A stretch of 64,000 bases of DNA from Myxococcota bacterium (GCA_039030515.1 JBCCEA010000011.1:1-64000), one strand, 5' to 3'; shown: positions 1 through 9,086, counted from the stretch's first letter. Made by a program: numbers and translations. The notes: generated from the sequence alone by a model not told the origin.

Positions 1-170
1 AGTAGGGGCAGACTGCGGCGGGACAGACGGGAGGCGGGCAGCTTTTGTGCAGCAAGGGGCACAAGGGAATGCACGGGTGCGTCTGCAGGGCGGAGCAGGC
101 TGGGCTTAGGGGAGCAAGGTCGTTCGGGTGAGGGGCCAAGCAGCGCATGAGACGCCGGCGTCGACGCGAC

Positions 171-446
171 AAGCACGCTTGCAGCAAGCCAGAGGCCCCC
201 TCAAGACGCCGATGCGCCGCGGAGACAGCCACCGCAAGGGCGCTTCCAAGCACCGTACCCGGTCAGGTGGGCGAAGCAAAAAGCACGCTTGCAGCAAGCC
301 AGAGGCCCCCTCAAGACGCCGATGCGCCGCGGAGACCGCCACCGCAAGGGCGCTTCCACGCACCGTACCCGGTCAGGTGGGCGAATACCCGGTCAGGTGG
401 GCGAGCAAGGGCGGCTTCCAGGCACCGTACCCGGTCAGGTGGGCGA
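171..446. repeat. Tandem ~110 bp direct repeat (2 near-identical copies at 171-280 and 281-385) plus decayed partial copies
   Basis: The unit aagcacgcttgcagcaagcc...caccgtacccggtcaggtgggcgaa starts at 171 and again at 281. The 19-mer tacccggtcaggtgggcga occurs at 256, 366, 386 and 428. Confidence 0.95.
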
Positions 447-547
447 GAGGTGGGCGAGAGCCACAAGTGGGCGGGAAGTCTGCGTGGTTCGACAGATGCT
501 GTTCGCGGTGAGGTGAAGTTATATGGACAGGCGTAAATATCTATAAA

Positions 548-1510
548 TCAAAAGCTTTCCAGATCTGCGTCGATTGCAGTAGCGAAGTGGTTGGCCGTTT
601 TTATCAGCGTTTCGAATTGATATCCGGCTGATTTGATCTGACGAATGGCCTGGCGCAGATTTTTTGTTTTGGAAGACGCGGTGTGCCGAAGATCAGGCTG
701 GTATCGCTTCAGCGAAGACAAGTTGTCCATATCTGCATCGGCGAGGTCGATTCCATGCAGCTCGAGGTTAATGAAGGGTCGGCCGATGACTGAATCGGTC
801 AGAAAACGACCGTATGAACCAGCTAAACATAATGCAGTGCCTATGTAAGGTAACCGCCCAAAGCGGTCGCCAGATACTCCGATCGGCAGCTCCAATATAC
901 CGTCACCAATTCGCCAATACGGCCGTCCAACCCGATAAGGATCTGCTGGAGCCAAAAGTGCCCGCGGATCGTCAACGATACTTTTGCTTTTCCGGCTCCG
1001 CATCGACATCATCGTTAGTGCAGTGGCCTTGGCCAAGTAGTAGGCAGGGCATGGAAACACGCTTGAGTCGTATTCATACCCAAGAATCCGAAGCGTTTCC
1101 AGCAGTGCGTCGGTCACGACATAGCCGGGTGCGCGAAATCCCTTAGGCCTACCTCCACATAAGGATTCGATTTGCTCGCTGCCGCGTTCGATCTCCTCTA
1201 GTAGGCAAGTCGCGTCTCGTCGCGTCATATCGTAATAGTGATGAAAACTATGATTTCCGATTTCATGTCCTTGGCTCACGGCCTCGGCAAGAAGAACTCG
1301 GTTGGCTTCATCCTCTAGGTCTCCGCCAACTGCGAACAACGTACAAGAAATATGCTCCTCTGCGAACAGCCGAAGGAACCTAGGTAGGGCTTTTCGATAT
1401 ACCGCGTTGCGGGCGCTCCCAGAGGGATGGGGTAGATCGTGGATTTCGCAGTAGCGAGGGATCTCATCCAGGTCTACCGAGACCGCGGCGATTCGTTTCA
1501 GCGAGGTCAT
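548..1510 (-). CDS. Polysaccharide deacetylase family (NodB/CE4-like) protein
   Basis: Motifs SVDLD, HEIGNHSFHH, GFRAPG, YDSS; ATGA overlap with the upstream GT2 at 1507-1510. Confidence 0.85.
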   Translation of the reverse strand: MTSLKRIAAVSVDLDEIPRYCEIHDLPHPSGSARNAVYRKALPRFLRLFAEEHISCTLFAVGGDLEDEANRVLLAEAVSQGHEIGNHSFHHYYDMTRRDATCLLEEIERGSEQIESLCGGRPKGFRAPGYVVTDALLETLRILGYEYDSSVFPCPAYYLAKATALTMMSMRSRKSKSIVDDPRALLAPADPYRVGRPYWRIGDGILELPIGVSGDRFGRLPYIGTALCLAGSYGRFLTDSVIGRPFINLELHGIDLADADMDNLSSLKRYQPDLRHTASSKTKNLRQAIRQIKSAGYQFETLIKTANHFATAIDADLESF

Positions 1511-2283
1511 CCCCTAATGCGGATGGCAACTATCAACTTCCCAAGATTACGCACCACGTTTGGCACGCGCTTGAGCAAGTGAATCGACGGCGGTCGTTTT
1601 TCCAGCACCCGAACGGGTATCTCCTGAACGCGAACCCCTCCTCGTTCGGAGCGGATGACAAATTCCGAGGCAAATAGATCTTTATCGACTAGGCATTGGT
1701 TGGCTACGTCGATAAGTGTACTACGTCTAAACGCCTTGAGGCCGTGGGTATCCGTTCCCCTGAAGCCCAGACTGAAACGAAGAAGCCCATTGATCACGAT
1801 AGTTGCTGCGTGCCGTACGAAGGGACGTTCGTCACTGGCGCCCTCAAGTAACTTACTGCCGATGACAAGCTCAGCTGTATTGGTTTCAAGGAGCTCCATG
1901 GCACGAGCGTAAAAGTCAGTGTCGCAGAGATCGATCTCATCACAGATCACGAACTCACCAATAGCCTCCATCATGCCCATCTTAAGGGCCTTGCCGTAGT
2001 TTGGTTCGTCTATGTGAAAGTACCGAACTTGCTCGAATCGGCCCGAAAGCTCTTCAAGCGCAGAAACCGTCCCGTCCGTAGAACCGTTTTCTGCTAGGAT
2101 CAACTCATAAGGCCAGTCAAATCGACGCAGTCGGTCCACTAAATCGACAACTGCCGTTCGAATAATCGCTTCCTCATTGTACACCGGAATGACGATTGAT
2201 ACCCGCGGCTGAACCACTGCCGTGGTCTCAAACTTATCCTTATTGCTCGTCTGTAGCGAAGAAGCTGTGCGTTCGGTCGACAT
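1507..2283 (-). CDS. Glycosyltransferase family 2 (polyprenyl-phosphate glycosyltransferase/DPM1-like)
   Basis: VSIVIPVYNEE, AENGSTDGT, NYGKAL, DEID, GTDTHGLKAF. Start placed at MSTERT (2283) because the longer ORF to 2754 looks non-coding. Confidence 0.85.
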   Translation of the reverse strand: MSTERTASSLQTSNKDKFETTAVVQPRVSIVIPVYNEEAIIRTAVVDLVDRLRRFDWPYELILAENGSTDGTVSALEELSGRFEQVRYFHIDEPNYGKALKMGMMEAIGEFVICDEIDLCDTDFYARAMELLETNTAELVIGSKLLEGASDERPFVRHAATIVINGLLRFSLGFRGTDTHGLKAFRRSTLIDVANQCLVDKDLFASEFVIRSERGGVRVQEIPVRVLEKRPPSIHLLKRVPNVVRNLGKLIVAIRIRG

Positions 2284-2738
2284 GATTTCTCTAGGCAATG
2301 ACCGAGGCGAGTTGGATTCACCGTCGGTTTTGGCAATGTTGTAGCCTGTGTCCCCCGAGTCAAGTAGTGGATTTACCCTGGGAATCAAGCCTCTCGAAGA
2401 AGGTTCTCGATCGTTGGCTAAGATGTTGTAGTGGTCTGTTCTTACTCTCCCCGGCGCTTCTCCGTCTCTCTGAGATTTCGCTTGCTCCGCCGGCTGCGGT
2501 GATGACTCGGATGTCGTCAAACTTGTGTAAAAAAAACCAGAAAATAGTCGACGTCTCGCGGTCACTGGCACCGATGTGTTCAGTCGTTTTCTCCGCCGCT
2601 GCTGAGTGGCAATTTGATCGACCGGAAGTTTGCTTTGGGTTCCCATGGATTTTGGGTCTCCGATTCCTACAGAACGGTGACAGCTTGTATTTCGTCCGAG
2701 GAACACCTGTCGTCGCTCCGGTCGGAATCGACGCGTGA

Positions 2739-3806
2739 CTAATGCAATGCGCATGCAATTATTCCCTGAAATGATTGAAGATGAACCTCTAAGACGTGAC
2801 CTGCAGCGATCAACACACTTTCCCCACGACGAAGTGGCCGCCCGTCCCGCGTCGAATCTGCAAACGTAAGCAAACCCGAAACAGCGGTTAGCGCCGTCGG
2901 GCGGTTATTCCCGGGTAGTCTAGTATAACCGTTGCCGCTGAGACGAGATACCTCCAACGCGACGCTCCGTATACCAGCCTCAGGACCGCAAAGCGGTTCA
3001 AGCCGGGCTTCAGCTTCCAGCGCCGCGGGGCCGAGTCGCTTTGATCGAAGCCGCTGAAGGTCTCCCTCACGCGGTGCATCCCAATCGGTAACGTTCAGCG
3101 CATGCTCGATATGCAACGCACGCGGCGTTCCTGTCGAATCTGGAAGCCCCTTCGGGGTGTAGCGACGATTCCAGTCCCAGTAACGGTAGGTGACACCGTG
3201 CATACCCGGCTTCACACGCTGGGGTTCCACCAGGGTGACACCAGTACCGATAGCGTGCGCAGTACCTGCATCGATCACGAAAAAGTCACCCGGTTCCACC
3301 GGTACGAAGTGAAGCATCGTCGATATGTCGCGCCCCTCCGAAATAGCATTTTTGAGTGCAGTTGGATCTACGTCTTTCTTGAGGCCGAAGTAGATACCTG
3401 CACCTGGAATTCGATCCAAGATGTACCAAGACTCGGGCTTGCCGGACTCCATCGGTGCGAGTTCTTCGTAGTCGTCACTCGGGTGTATCTGGACCGATAG
3501 GTTGTCGGCAGAGTCGAGCAGCTTCACGAGGAGACTGAGTCCTTCATTGAAATGGTTTCCCAGAAAAAACTCGCTGTGCGTCTTGAGAACATCCTCCAGT
3601 AGAAGACCGCTGGTGAGACGAGATGGAAAGCTTCGATCTACCGATATTTCCCAAGACTCTCCGATGATTAGTTCGTCTGGCATGCTCAGGCCGAGATCTC
3701 GCTTGTAGTGACTCGCGATACGCGTTCCGCCCCATGGAGTACGGGTAGGGGGGGTGAAGTTGTCGGGGCGAACACGCAGCACCGGGCTTAATACGACTTG
3801 GCTCAT
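2739..3806 (-). CDS. manA: Class I mannose-6-phosphate isomerase
   Basis: PWGG, GESWE, LLVKLLDSADNLSVQIHP, KPESW, GTAHAIG cupin motifs; start moved to MSQVV. Confidence 0.8.
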   Translation of the reverse strand: MSQVVLSPVLRVRPDNFTPPTRTPWGGTRIASHYKRDLGLSMPDELIIGESWEISVDRSFPSRLTSGLLLEDVLKTHSEFFLGNHFNEGLSLLVKLLDSADNLSVQIHPSDDYEELAPMESGKPESWYILDRIPGAGIYFGLKKDVDPTALKNAISEGRDISTMLHFVPVEPGDFFVIDAGTAHAIGTGVTLVEPQRVKPGMHGVTYRYWDWNRRYTPKGLPDSTGTPRALHIEHALNVTDWDAPREGDLQRLRSKRLGPAALEAEARLEPLCGPEAGIRSVALEVSRLSGNGYTRLPGNNRPTALTAVSGLLTFADSTRDGRPLRRGESVLIAAGHVLEVHLQSFQGIIACALH

Positions 3807-3858
3807 TTTTTTGTCGCGAACAGATTGGGCATTAAGGTGGCTCGATGGAGTTGCTATT

Positions 3859-4248
3859 ATGGACCAGACCGGTATCGAACATTCAAGTGCGGAACGCATG
3901 AACGACCCTCATGTCAACGAGAACCACTTGGGCAGTGATCGTCGTGTTCATCGAGTGTTTGTGACGCAGAATACCGAGTACCATCTTCGACATCGCACTT
4001 GTGTCGGTGTTCGTAATCGTCATACGGGGAGATGGGTGGAAGGGCATCAAGCCCTATCCGCAGAGGTGTCCGGAGCCCTCAAAATCGGTCCTCAGGGAAG
4101 TCTCAAGCCAACGCGCTCCTTGCCGAAAATAGGCGAGAGTTTGTTTTTTAGTGACGGAGGGAGGGATATGGTCACAGGAGCCGTAGTCGCAGTGGAACGA
4201 CCTCCCGTCGACCTTGTGTCCACCTACGGCGTTCGGAGTAGAGCCTAG
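3859..4248 (+). CDS. Small hypothetical protein (beta-rich)
   Basis: Protein-like ORF (DRRVHRVFVTQNTEYH...PKIGESLFF) filling the gap between manA and the formyltransferase; start at 3859 or 3898. Confidence 0.65.
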   Translation: MDQTGIEHSSAERMNDPHVNENHLGSDRRVHRVFVTQNTEYHLRHRTCVGVRNRHTGRWVEGHQALSAEVSGALKIGPQGSLKPTRSLPKIGESLFFSDGGRDMVTGAVVAVERPPVDLVSTYGVRSRA

Positions 4249-4264
4249 TTGAGACCATACGTCG

Positions 4265-5182
4265 CTATGGTTTCTCCCCTCGATCAGGACCACTGCCCTT
4301 GAGTTCCTCACCGAACTTGATGAGGTTCGCCCCAGACAGCATGCGCTCTTCAATGCGTATTCTTTGAAGAAGTACCCCCTTTCGATCCCCGGTCGTGACC
4401 ACCAACCCCTCGTCACTTACGTAGGCTTCAGCGGGCACCAACGCTCGAGGTGGTGATCCCTTCGCGATTTGAGCGGAGATGATCTCACCATGCAAGGTAC
4501 CAAACTGCGCCATCGCACCCGGTATGGGGGCTGCCGCCCGAATAAGACGGAGAGTCTCCTTCGCGCTTCGATTCCATTGGATCGTAAGCATCTCTTCCGA
4601 GGGTAACGGGGCCCAAGTTGCCTCGTCTGGATCTTGAGGTGCCCCGGACGAAGGGGTTCCCGCAGCGAAACGTTCCAGTTCTTCGACCAGCATTTCAAGA
4701 GCGATCGTATCTAGTCGATGAGCGAGTTGACCTGCGTTTTCGCAGGTACCGATCTTAATCTCTCTCTGCTGGATTATCTCGCCCTCATCGTATTTTGGGG
4801 CGAGCTTATGCAATGTGACACCCGTGGCTTCGTCTCCCCTAAGGATGCACCAAAAGTAGGGGTCGGGCCCTCGCCAGCGTGGCAGCAGTGAAGGATGTGC
4901 ACCAAAGGCGCCTTGGGAAGCGAGGCGAAGAATCGTGGTCGGAATTCGATTTGGAAAAAAAAACGAAACGAGGACCTCCGGTTTGCCGGAAGCAAGCAGC
5001 TGCACGACTCCGGAAGCCTCGAGGTTCGGCCGGTAGAGAATCAGAGTGGAGTGACCAAGCTGTTTTTTCAGCCTCCGTGTGCCCGGCTCTCGGCGATGAC
5101 CAAGTATCACGACTGATGGAGAAAATCCGCAAGCATGAAGGTGAAGCGCGCCCAGAGGCAGACCGAAGTAGATGATGCGCAC
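4265..5182 (-). CDS. Formyltransferase (Fmt-like, N10-formyl-THF dependent)
   Basis: MRIIYFG N-terminus, HPSLLPRWRGPDP, TGVTLH...YDEGEII, C-terminal IQWNRSA...IRA..P.PGA. Confidence 0.8.
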   Translation of the reverse strand: MRIIYFGLPLGALHLHACGFSPSVVILGHRREPGTRRLKKQLGHSTLILYRPNLEASGVVQLLASGKPEVLVSFFFPNRIPTTILRLASQGAFGAHPSLLPRWRGPDPYFWCILRGDEATGVTLHKLAPKYDEGEIIQQREIKIGTCENAGQLAHRLDTIALEMLVEELERFAAGTPSSGAPQDPDEATWAPLPSEEMLTIQWNRSAKETLRLIRAAAPIPGAMAQFGTLHGEIISAQIAKGSPPRALVPAEAYVSDEGLVVTTGDRKGVLLQRIRIEERMLSGANLIKFGEELKGSGPDRGEKP

Positions 5183-5612
5183 GATCGTGTTATACCAACA
5201 GACCGTGAGGGAGCAGCACGCGCAGAAGACTATTCGAGTGGTTGCCGCGGTGATCGAGCAAGATGGCCGCTATTTGATCACCCAACGTCGAACTACGGCA
5301 GTCCTCCCTCTACTCTGGGAATTCCCGGGCGGTCGAGTCGAGTCAGGAGAGAACGATAGTGATGCACTCCAGAGAGAGATGCGTGAGAGGCTTGCTGCAG
5401 AAGTGACCGTAGGCCAGCTTATCAGCTTTGTTAGTCATCCCTACGCCAGTTATACGGTAGATCTGTACCTTTACGAATGTTCCCTCAAGCATCCTCAGCT
5501 CGAGTGCCGTGCAGTGCACGACTACCTATGGGCTTCATCCCAGGATTTCGACCACTACGACTTCACACCTGCGGATGAAGCGTCGATGAATCAACTCCTC
5601 GGAGAATCTTAG
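5172..5612 (+). CDS. NUDIX hydrolase, MutT/NudG-like (variant Nudix box)
   Basis: IRVVAAVI..DGRYLITQR, WEFPGGRVESGE..DALQREMRERL, FTPAD; true start may be the downstream GTG near 5205. Confidence 0.8.
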   Translation: MMRTIVLYQQTVREQHAQKTIRVVAAVIEQDGRYLITQRRTTAVLPLLWEFPGGRVESGENDSDALQREMRERLAAEVTVGQLISFVSHPYASYTVDLYLYECSLKHPQLECRAVHDYLWASSQDFDHYDFTPADEASMNQLLGES

Positions 5613-5679
5613 GTTTCGAAATGAACGGAATTGGCCTTTTTCCTCGACTGCCGGTTGAAACCCACGCCTGGTTTGGGGT

Positions 5680-6372
5680 GTGATGCCCGCGCCGAAGATC
5701 TGTGTCGTATGTCAGTCATTCATTCCGGCAGGAAGCACGCGCTGTCCAAGTTGCGGGAAGGTATATAGCGAGCAAGTTCCGCATGAGCTACCGAACGGCT
5801 CTGGCGCCTTGACGACCCTGAAACGTGTGGGGGGGCTGTTGCTTTGTCTTTCTGGCGGCACAAGTCTCATCCTAGGTCTTTCCACTGCGCTTCTTCTCGC
5901 TTCTACGGTTTCTGGTTTCGTCGGAGATTTCTTCGCGGGGCTTTCGGCTATTTCAGGTGTCTTGTTTGGTGGCGCATTGCTGTGGGCAGGGCGATTTTTG
6001 TCTCGCAGTGCGCGACGCGAAAGACGAGTTGCAGAGGAGCTTGCGATCCTCCGACTCGCGCAATCTCGTGATGGTCAGGTAACCGCAACAGAAGTTGCTC
6101 GTGCGCTTTCCATGACCGTAGCCCGTGCGGATGCCGTGCTCACCGAAAAAGTGGATGGATATCGAGTCAAAGCAGAACTCGGGAGCGATGGTAGCTTGTA
6201 CTATGTGTTTCCTGAGCTTCCGGCGAAGTTGCATGCTCGAGCGAAAGATCGATCGCCCCTTTTTGAGTCGAGCGATGCCCACTTGGATTCAGGCGATGCC
6301 TATGTCGAGAGTTCCTCGAGTGCGGTTGAAACTGGCCGCACTAGCGCTGACGAGAAGACTACCGAACCATGA
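5680..6372 (+). CDS. Hypothetical membrane protein: zinc ribbon, 2 TM helices, winged-helix-like C-terminal domain
   Basis: CVVC...CPSC; two hydrophobic segments; ILRLAQSRDGQVTATEVARALSMT...GSLYYVFPEL. Confidence 0.7.
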   Translation: MMPAPKICVVCQSFIPAGSTRCPSCGKVYSEQVPHELPNGSGALTTLKRVGGLLLCLSGGTSLILGLSTALLLASTVSGFVGDFFAGLSAISGVLFGGALLWAGRFLSRSARRERRVAEELAILRLAQSRDGQVTATEVARALSMTVARADAVLTEKVDGYRVKAELGSDGSLYYVFPELPAKLHARAKDRSPLFESSDAHLDSGDAYVESSSSAVETGRTSADEKTTEP

Positions 6373-6495
6373 ATCGTGTCGAGAGGCGACCGCTACTTGC
6401 AACCGAGGTCTGAACGTTTGGTCAGGCCGAGAGATCGTATGTTCAAGCCGCCCTCGTAATTGGTTCATCAATGACGGTGTGCCCAGGAGCGAACG

Positions 6496-7080
6496 CTAGG
6501 CGAGGGCTTCCCGAGGAGGGCCTACTTCGCCAGTTGGGGATGCTACCGCGTGGCTGAGCGCGACTACCTCGACCAGAATGGTGTGGTATAGACGATCCAG
6601 CTCGTCGAGGTCGACATCCTCCGTGGACTGCTCCACCGCTTCCTGCATATGATGCTGGATAAACCTTAGCAGTGCGGGTTGAGCCAGACGGACCACGTCG
6701 TCGGTGTCGAGTACTTCGAGTGGATCTTGAGCTCTAAGTTCGATATCCGCGTCCAACGTGTCTTCTGCAAGCCTCAATCCCTCCTGGTCGACTTCGTGCA
6801 GGCGTCGTGGAAAAGCCTCTCGAAAGGCGAGATAGACAGCGACCACGAGAAAATACCCAAGTGATTGAACGAGTTCATCTTCGATTTTAGACACTTCTTC
6901 CGCAAGCCAGAGACCTACGCTAGGTTGACGTCTGTCTAGGTCCCGATAACCCTTGTCCAAGATATTTTGAAGCGACTCGGAACCCTCCTCAAGACCGAGT
7001 TCAAGGGAGTCCAGAGCATGTTCGTTGACGACGGCCCAGCCAGGTACCGGGCGAAGCGCTGCTTTTCGGAAGAACACCAA
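6496..7080 (-). CDS. Hypothetical acidic helical protein
   Basis: 194 aa ORF, D/E-rich, amphipathic helices, co-oriented with upstream genes. Confidence 0.7.
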   Translation of the reverse strand: MVFFRKAALRPVPGWAVVNEHALDSLELGLEEGSESLQNILDKGYRDLDRRQPSVGLWLAEEVSKIEDELVQSLGYFLVVAVYLAFREAFPRRLHEVDQEGLRLAEDTLDADIELRAQDPLEVLDTDDVVRLAQPALLRFIQHHMQEAVEQSTEDVDLDELDRLYHTILVEVVALSHAVASPTGEVGPPREALA

Positions 7081-7235
7081 CCCACAATAGCCGAGTACGC
7101 TGTGGAATGCTTCCCGAAAGCAGTGCTTTCTAACCCTACTGAACCGTAGGATCCGCGTCCGCCTCGGCCTGAGAATTCCAAAGTGTTTTCAGCAATTCGT
7201 TGGATTCCCACCGCGTGACCGAACGCAGCAGGTCT

Positions 7236-7991
7236 TTAGTCGTCATAAAAAAGCGGAGCGCGCATCTCGACGAACATTTGAATCGCGTCACGCGTTTCGG
7301 GGGTGACGTCCTCAAACTGAATTCCCATGCCAGGCTGCGTTTCCTGATCCTCCCAGCTTCGCGGCTCGCGGACCCAACGAACTCGGCCCAGGATGTTGAC
7401 GATGGACTCGTCCGGCAGCTGAAAGGAAAGGTCGATTTCGGTACCCATCGGTAAGAGATTGTGGGTAGCAAGGAACAACCCACCTTCAGAGATATCCTCT
7501 GTAAATCCGGTGTAAAAGTTGTTTTCACTTTCGAATCCAACGTGTGTCTCAAGATACACACGTTGATTGTGGCGCCTATCATGACTTGGAGGTGCCTCTT
7601 CTCCAGTCTGCTCCCGAAATTTGGTCTGTGGAGTCCGTTGAGTCAGGGGATAGAGAAGAGTCATCGCCCGGATTACCGCGTCGAGACACTGCTCCTCGCG
7701 ACTGTTCAAATTCATGGAACGAGCTGCTTGCTGTGCCTCCATGAGTTGCTCGTGGGCACGGGTAGCTGCCTCGTCGATCGGCGTTTGTTCTGCGAGTGCT
7801 GCTCGAAGTGAAACTGAGGCATTGGCGCAATGCGATTGAGCTGCCTGGATCGCTTCTTCGTTTGATTCGCCCAGTACTGAGATCGCAATTTGCAGCAGCT
7901 CATCTGCGCGAGTTACCTGCCGAGTGGTTGGGTTTCGAGCCGGCTTTGTGAGCGAAGGTGAGCTGGGTAGCATTTCGTTCTCCTCGGACAC
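7236..7991 (-). CDS. TIGR02266/PilZ-like domain protein with N-terminal helical domain
   Basis: DRRHNQR, SENNFYTGFTEDISEGGLF, GRVRWVR, PGMGIQF, RAPLFYDD. Confidence 0.85.
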   Translation of the reverse strand: MSEENEMLPSSPSLTKPARNPTTRQVTRADELLQIAISVLGESNEEAIQAAQSHCANASVSLRAALAEQTPIDEAATRAHEQLMEAQQAARSMNLNSREEQCLDAVIRAMTLLYPLTQRTPQTKFREQTGEEAPPSHDRRHNQRVYLETHVGFESENNFYTGFTEDISEGGLFLATHNLLPMGTEIDLSFQLPDESIVNILGRVRWVREPRSWEDQETQPGMGIQFEDVTPETRDAIQMFVEMRAPLFYDD

Positions 7992-8151
7992 CCGATAAAG
8001 GCCCTAGAGATAATGACAACGGCGTCGTGCGTTGATCTTTGAGGTCTGTGGGCGATGAGTCCCTGCCGCTATGTTTTTTTGCCTCAATCCAGACGTCCGA
8101 AATCGACTCCCACTACGAAAGTGTCCTGCGACGACTACTGAGTTCTCCCCC

Positions 8152-9027
8152 CTACCGGGATGGTGCAAGTCGCTTCACGTCGCGGTGCACCACATACACT
8201 TCTCGGTCTGCGCGAAGCTGCTTGACGAGTTCTTCAGCAATGGCTACCGAACGATGGCGTCCTCCCGTACATCCGACCGCGATAGTCAAGTATGCTTTAC
8301 CTTCACGCTCGTGCCTGGGAACCGTGTCTTTCAGTAGCGGTAGCAGACGGGCAAGCAGCGCGTCAGCCGCTTCTGATTCCAACACGAATTTGGCAACCTC
8401 GGGATGTGTCCCGGTTTGTGCCTTGAGTTCTGGGACGAAATGAGGGTTGGGTAGGTACCTCAGATCAAACACGAGATCTGCGTCCAACGGAATGCCGAAC
8501 TTGAATCCAAACGAAACCACCCGCGTGACCATTTTTCTTCCGGTGCCGCCCCGAGCGATGTGGTCGATGAGAGCGGTTCGAAGATCGTGAACGTTCATCT
8601 CTGTGGTGTCGAAGATATGGTCCGCACGAGCCCTCAGAGGCCCAAGTCGTTCCCGCTCAGCCAAAATAGCCGCCGTGACGTCGCCTCCGTTCGCTAGTGG
8701 ATGAGGTCTCCTTGTTTCTTTGAATCTACGAAGCAAGGATTCTTCGCCACAGTCTACGAACAGTATTTCCACTTCATGACCAGAGGCCGACAAAGCATCG
8801 ATTTCCTGCTCGAGCCCCTGAAGGAATGTACCTGTACGAACATCGATTCCCAGACCTAGCCTCGATATCTCTCGGTCGCTCCCCACTAGGGATACGAGTG
8901 AGGAGCTTAGCGAAGGAGGCAGGTTGTCGACGCAGAAAAAGCCTAGGTCTTCCAGCACATGAAGTGCTGTGCTCCGGCCCGCTCCGGACATTCCGGTGAC
9001 GACGACAATGTGAAGTCTTTTCACCAC
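8152..9027 (-). CDS. rapZ: RNase adapter RapZ (P-loop ATPase)
   Basis: VTGMSGAGRS, GFFCVDNLP, ETRRPHPL, SFGFKFG, IAVGCTGGRHRSV. Confidence 0.95.
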   Translation of the reverse strand: MVKRLHIVVVTGMSGAGRSTALHVLEDLGFFCVDNLPPSLSSSLVSLVGSDREISRLGLGIDVRTGTFLQGLEQEIDALSASGHEVEILFVDCGEESLLRRFKETRRPHPLANGGDVTAAILAERERLGPLRARADHIFDTTEMNVHDLRTALIDHIARGGTGRKMVTRVVSFGFKFGIPLDADLVFDLRYLPNPHFVPELKAQTGTHPEVAKFVLESEAADALLARLLPLLKDTVPRHEREGKAYLTIAVGCTGGRHRSVAIAEELVKQLRADREVYVVHRDVKRLAPSR

Positions 9028-9086
9028 GAAAAGCTAGCCAAAAAAGTCAGCGATGTACGTTACGTTTCGATTACTCTGAGGTTCTA

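Noticed and set aside
171..446. CRISPR array
   Set aside because: The sequence between the first two 19-mers is itself duplicated rather than a unique spacer, spacing is irregular (110, 20, 42 bp), and there are no cas genes in the window.
106..536. ORFs 106-363, 128-511, 147-536 and 289-516 as genes
   Set aside because: They are overlapping frames produced by the GC-rich repeat, with R/G/A-biased, non-protein-like translations.
2284..2754. 157-aa N-terminal extension of the GT2
   Set aside because: The composition is non-protein-like and it overlaps the manA stop; the GT2 domain begins after MSTERT.
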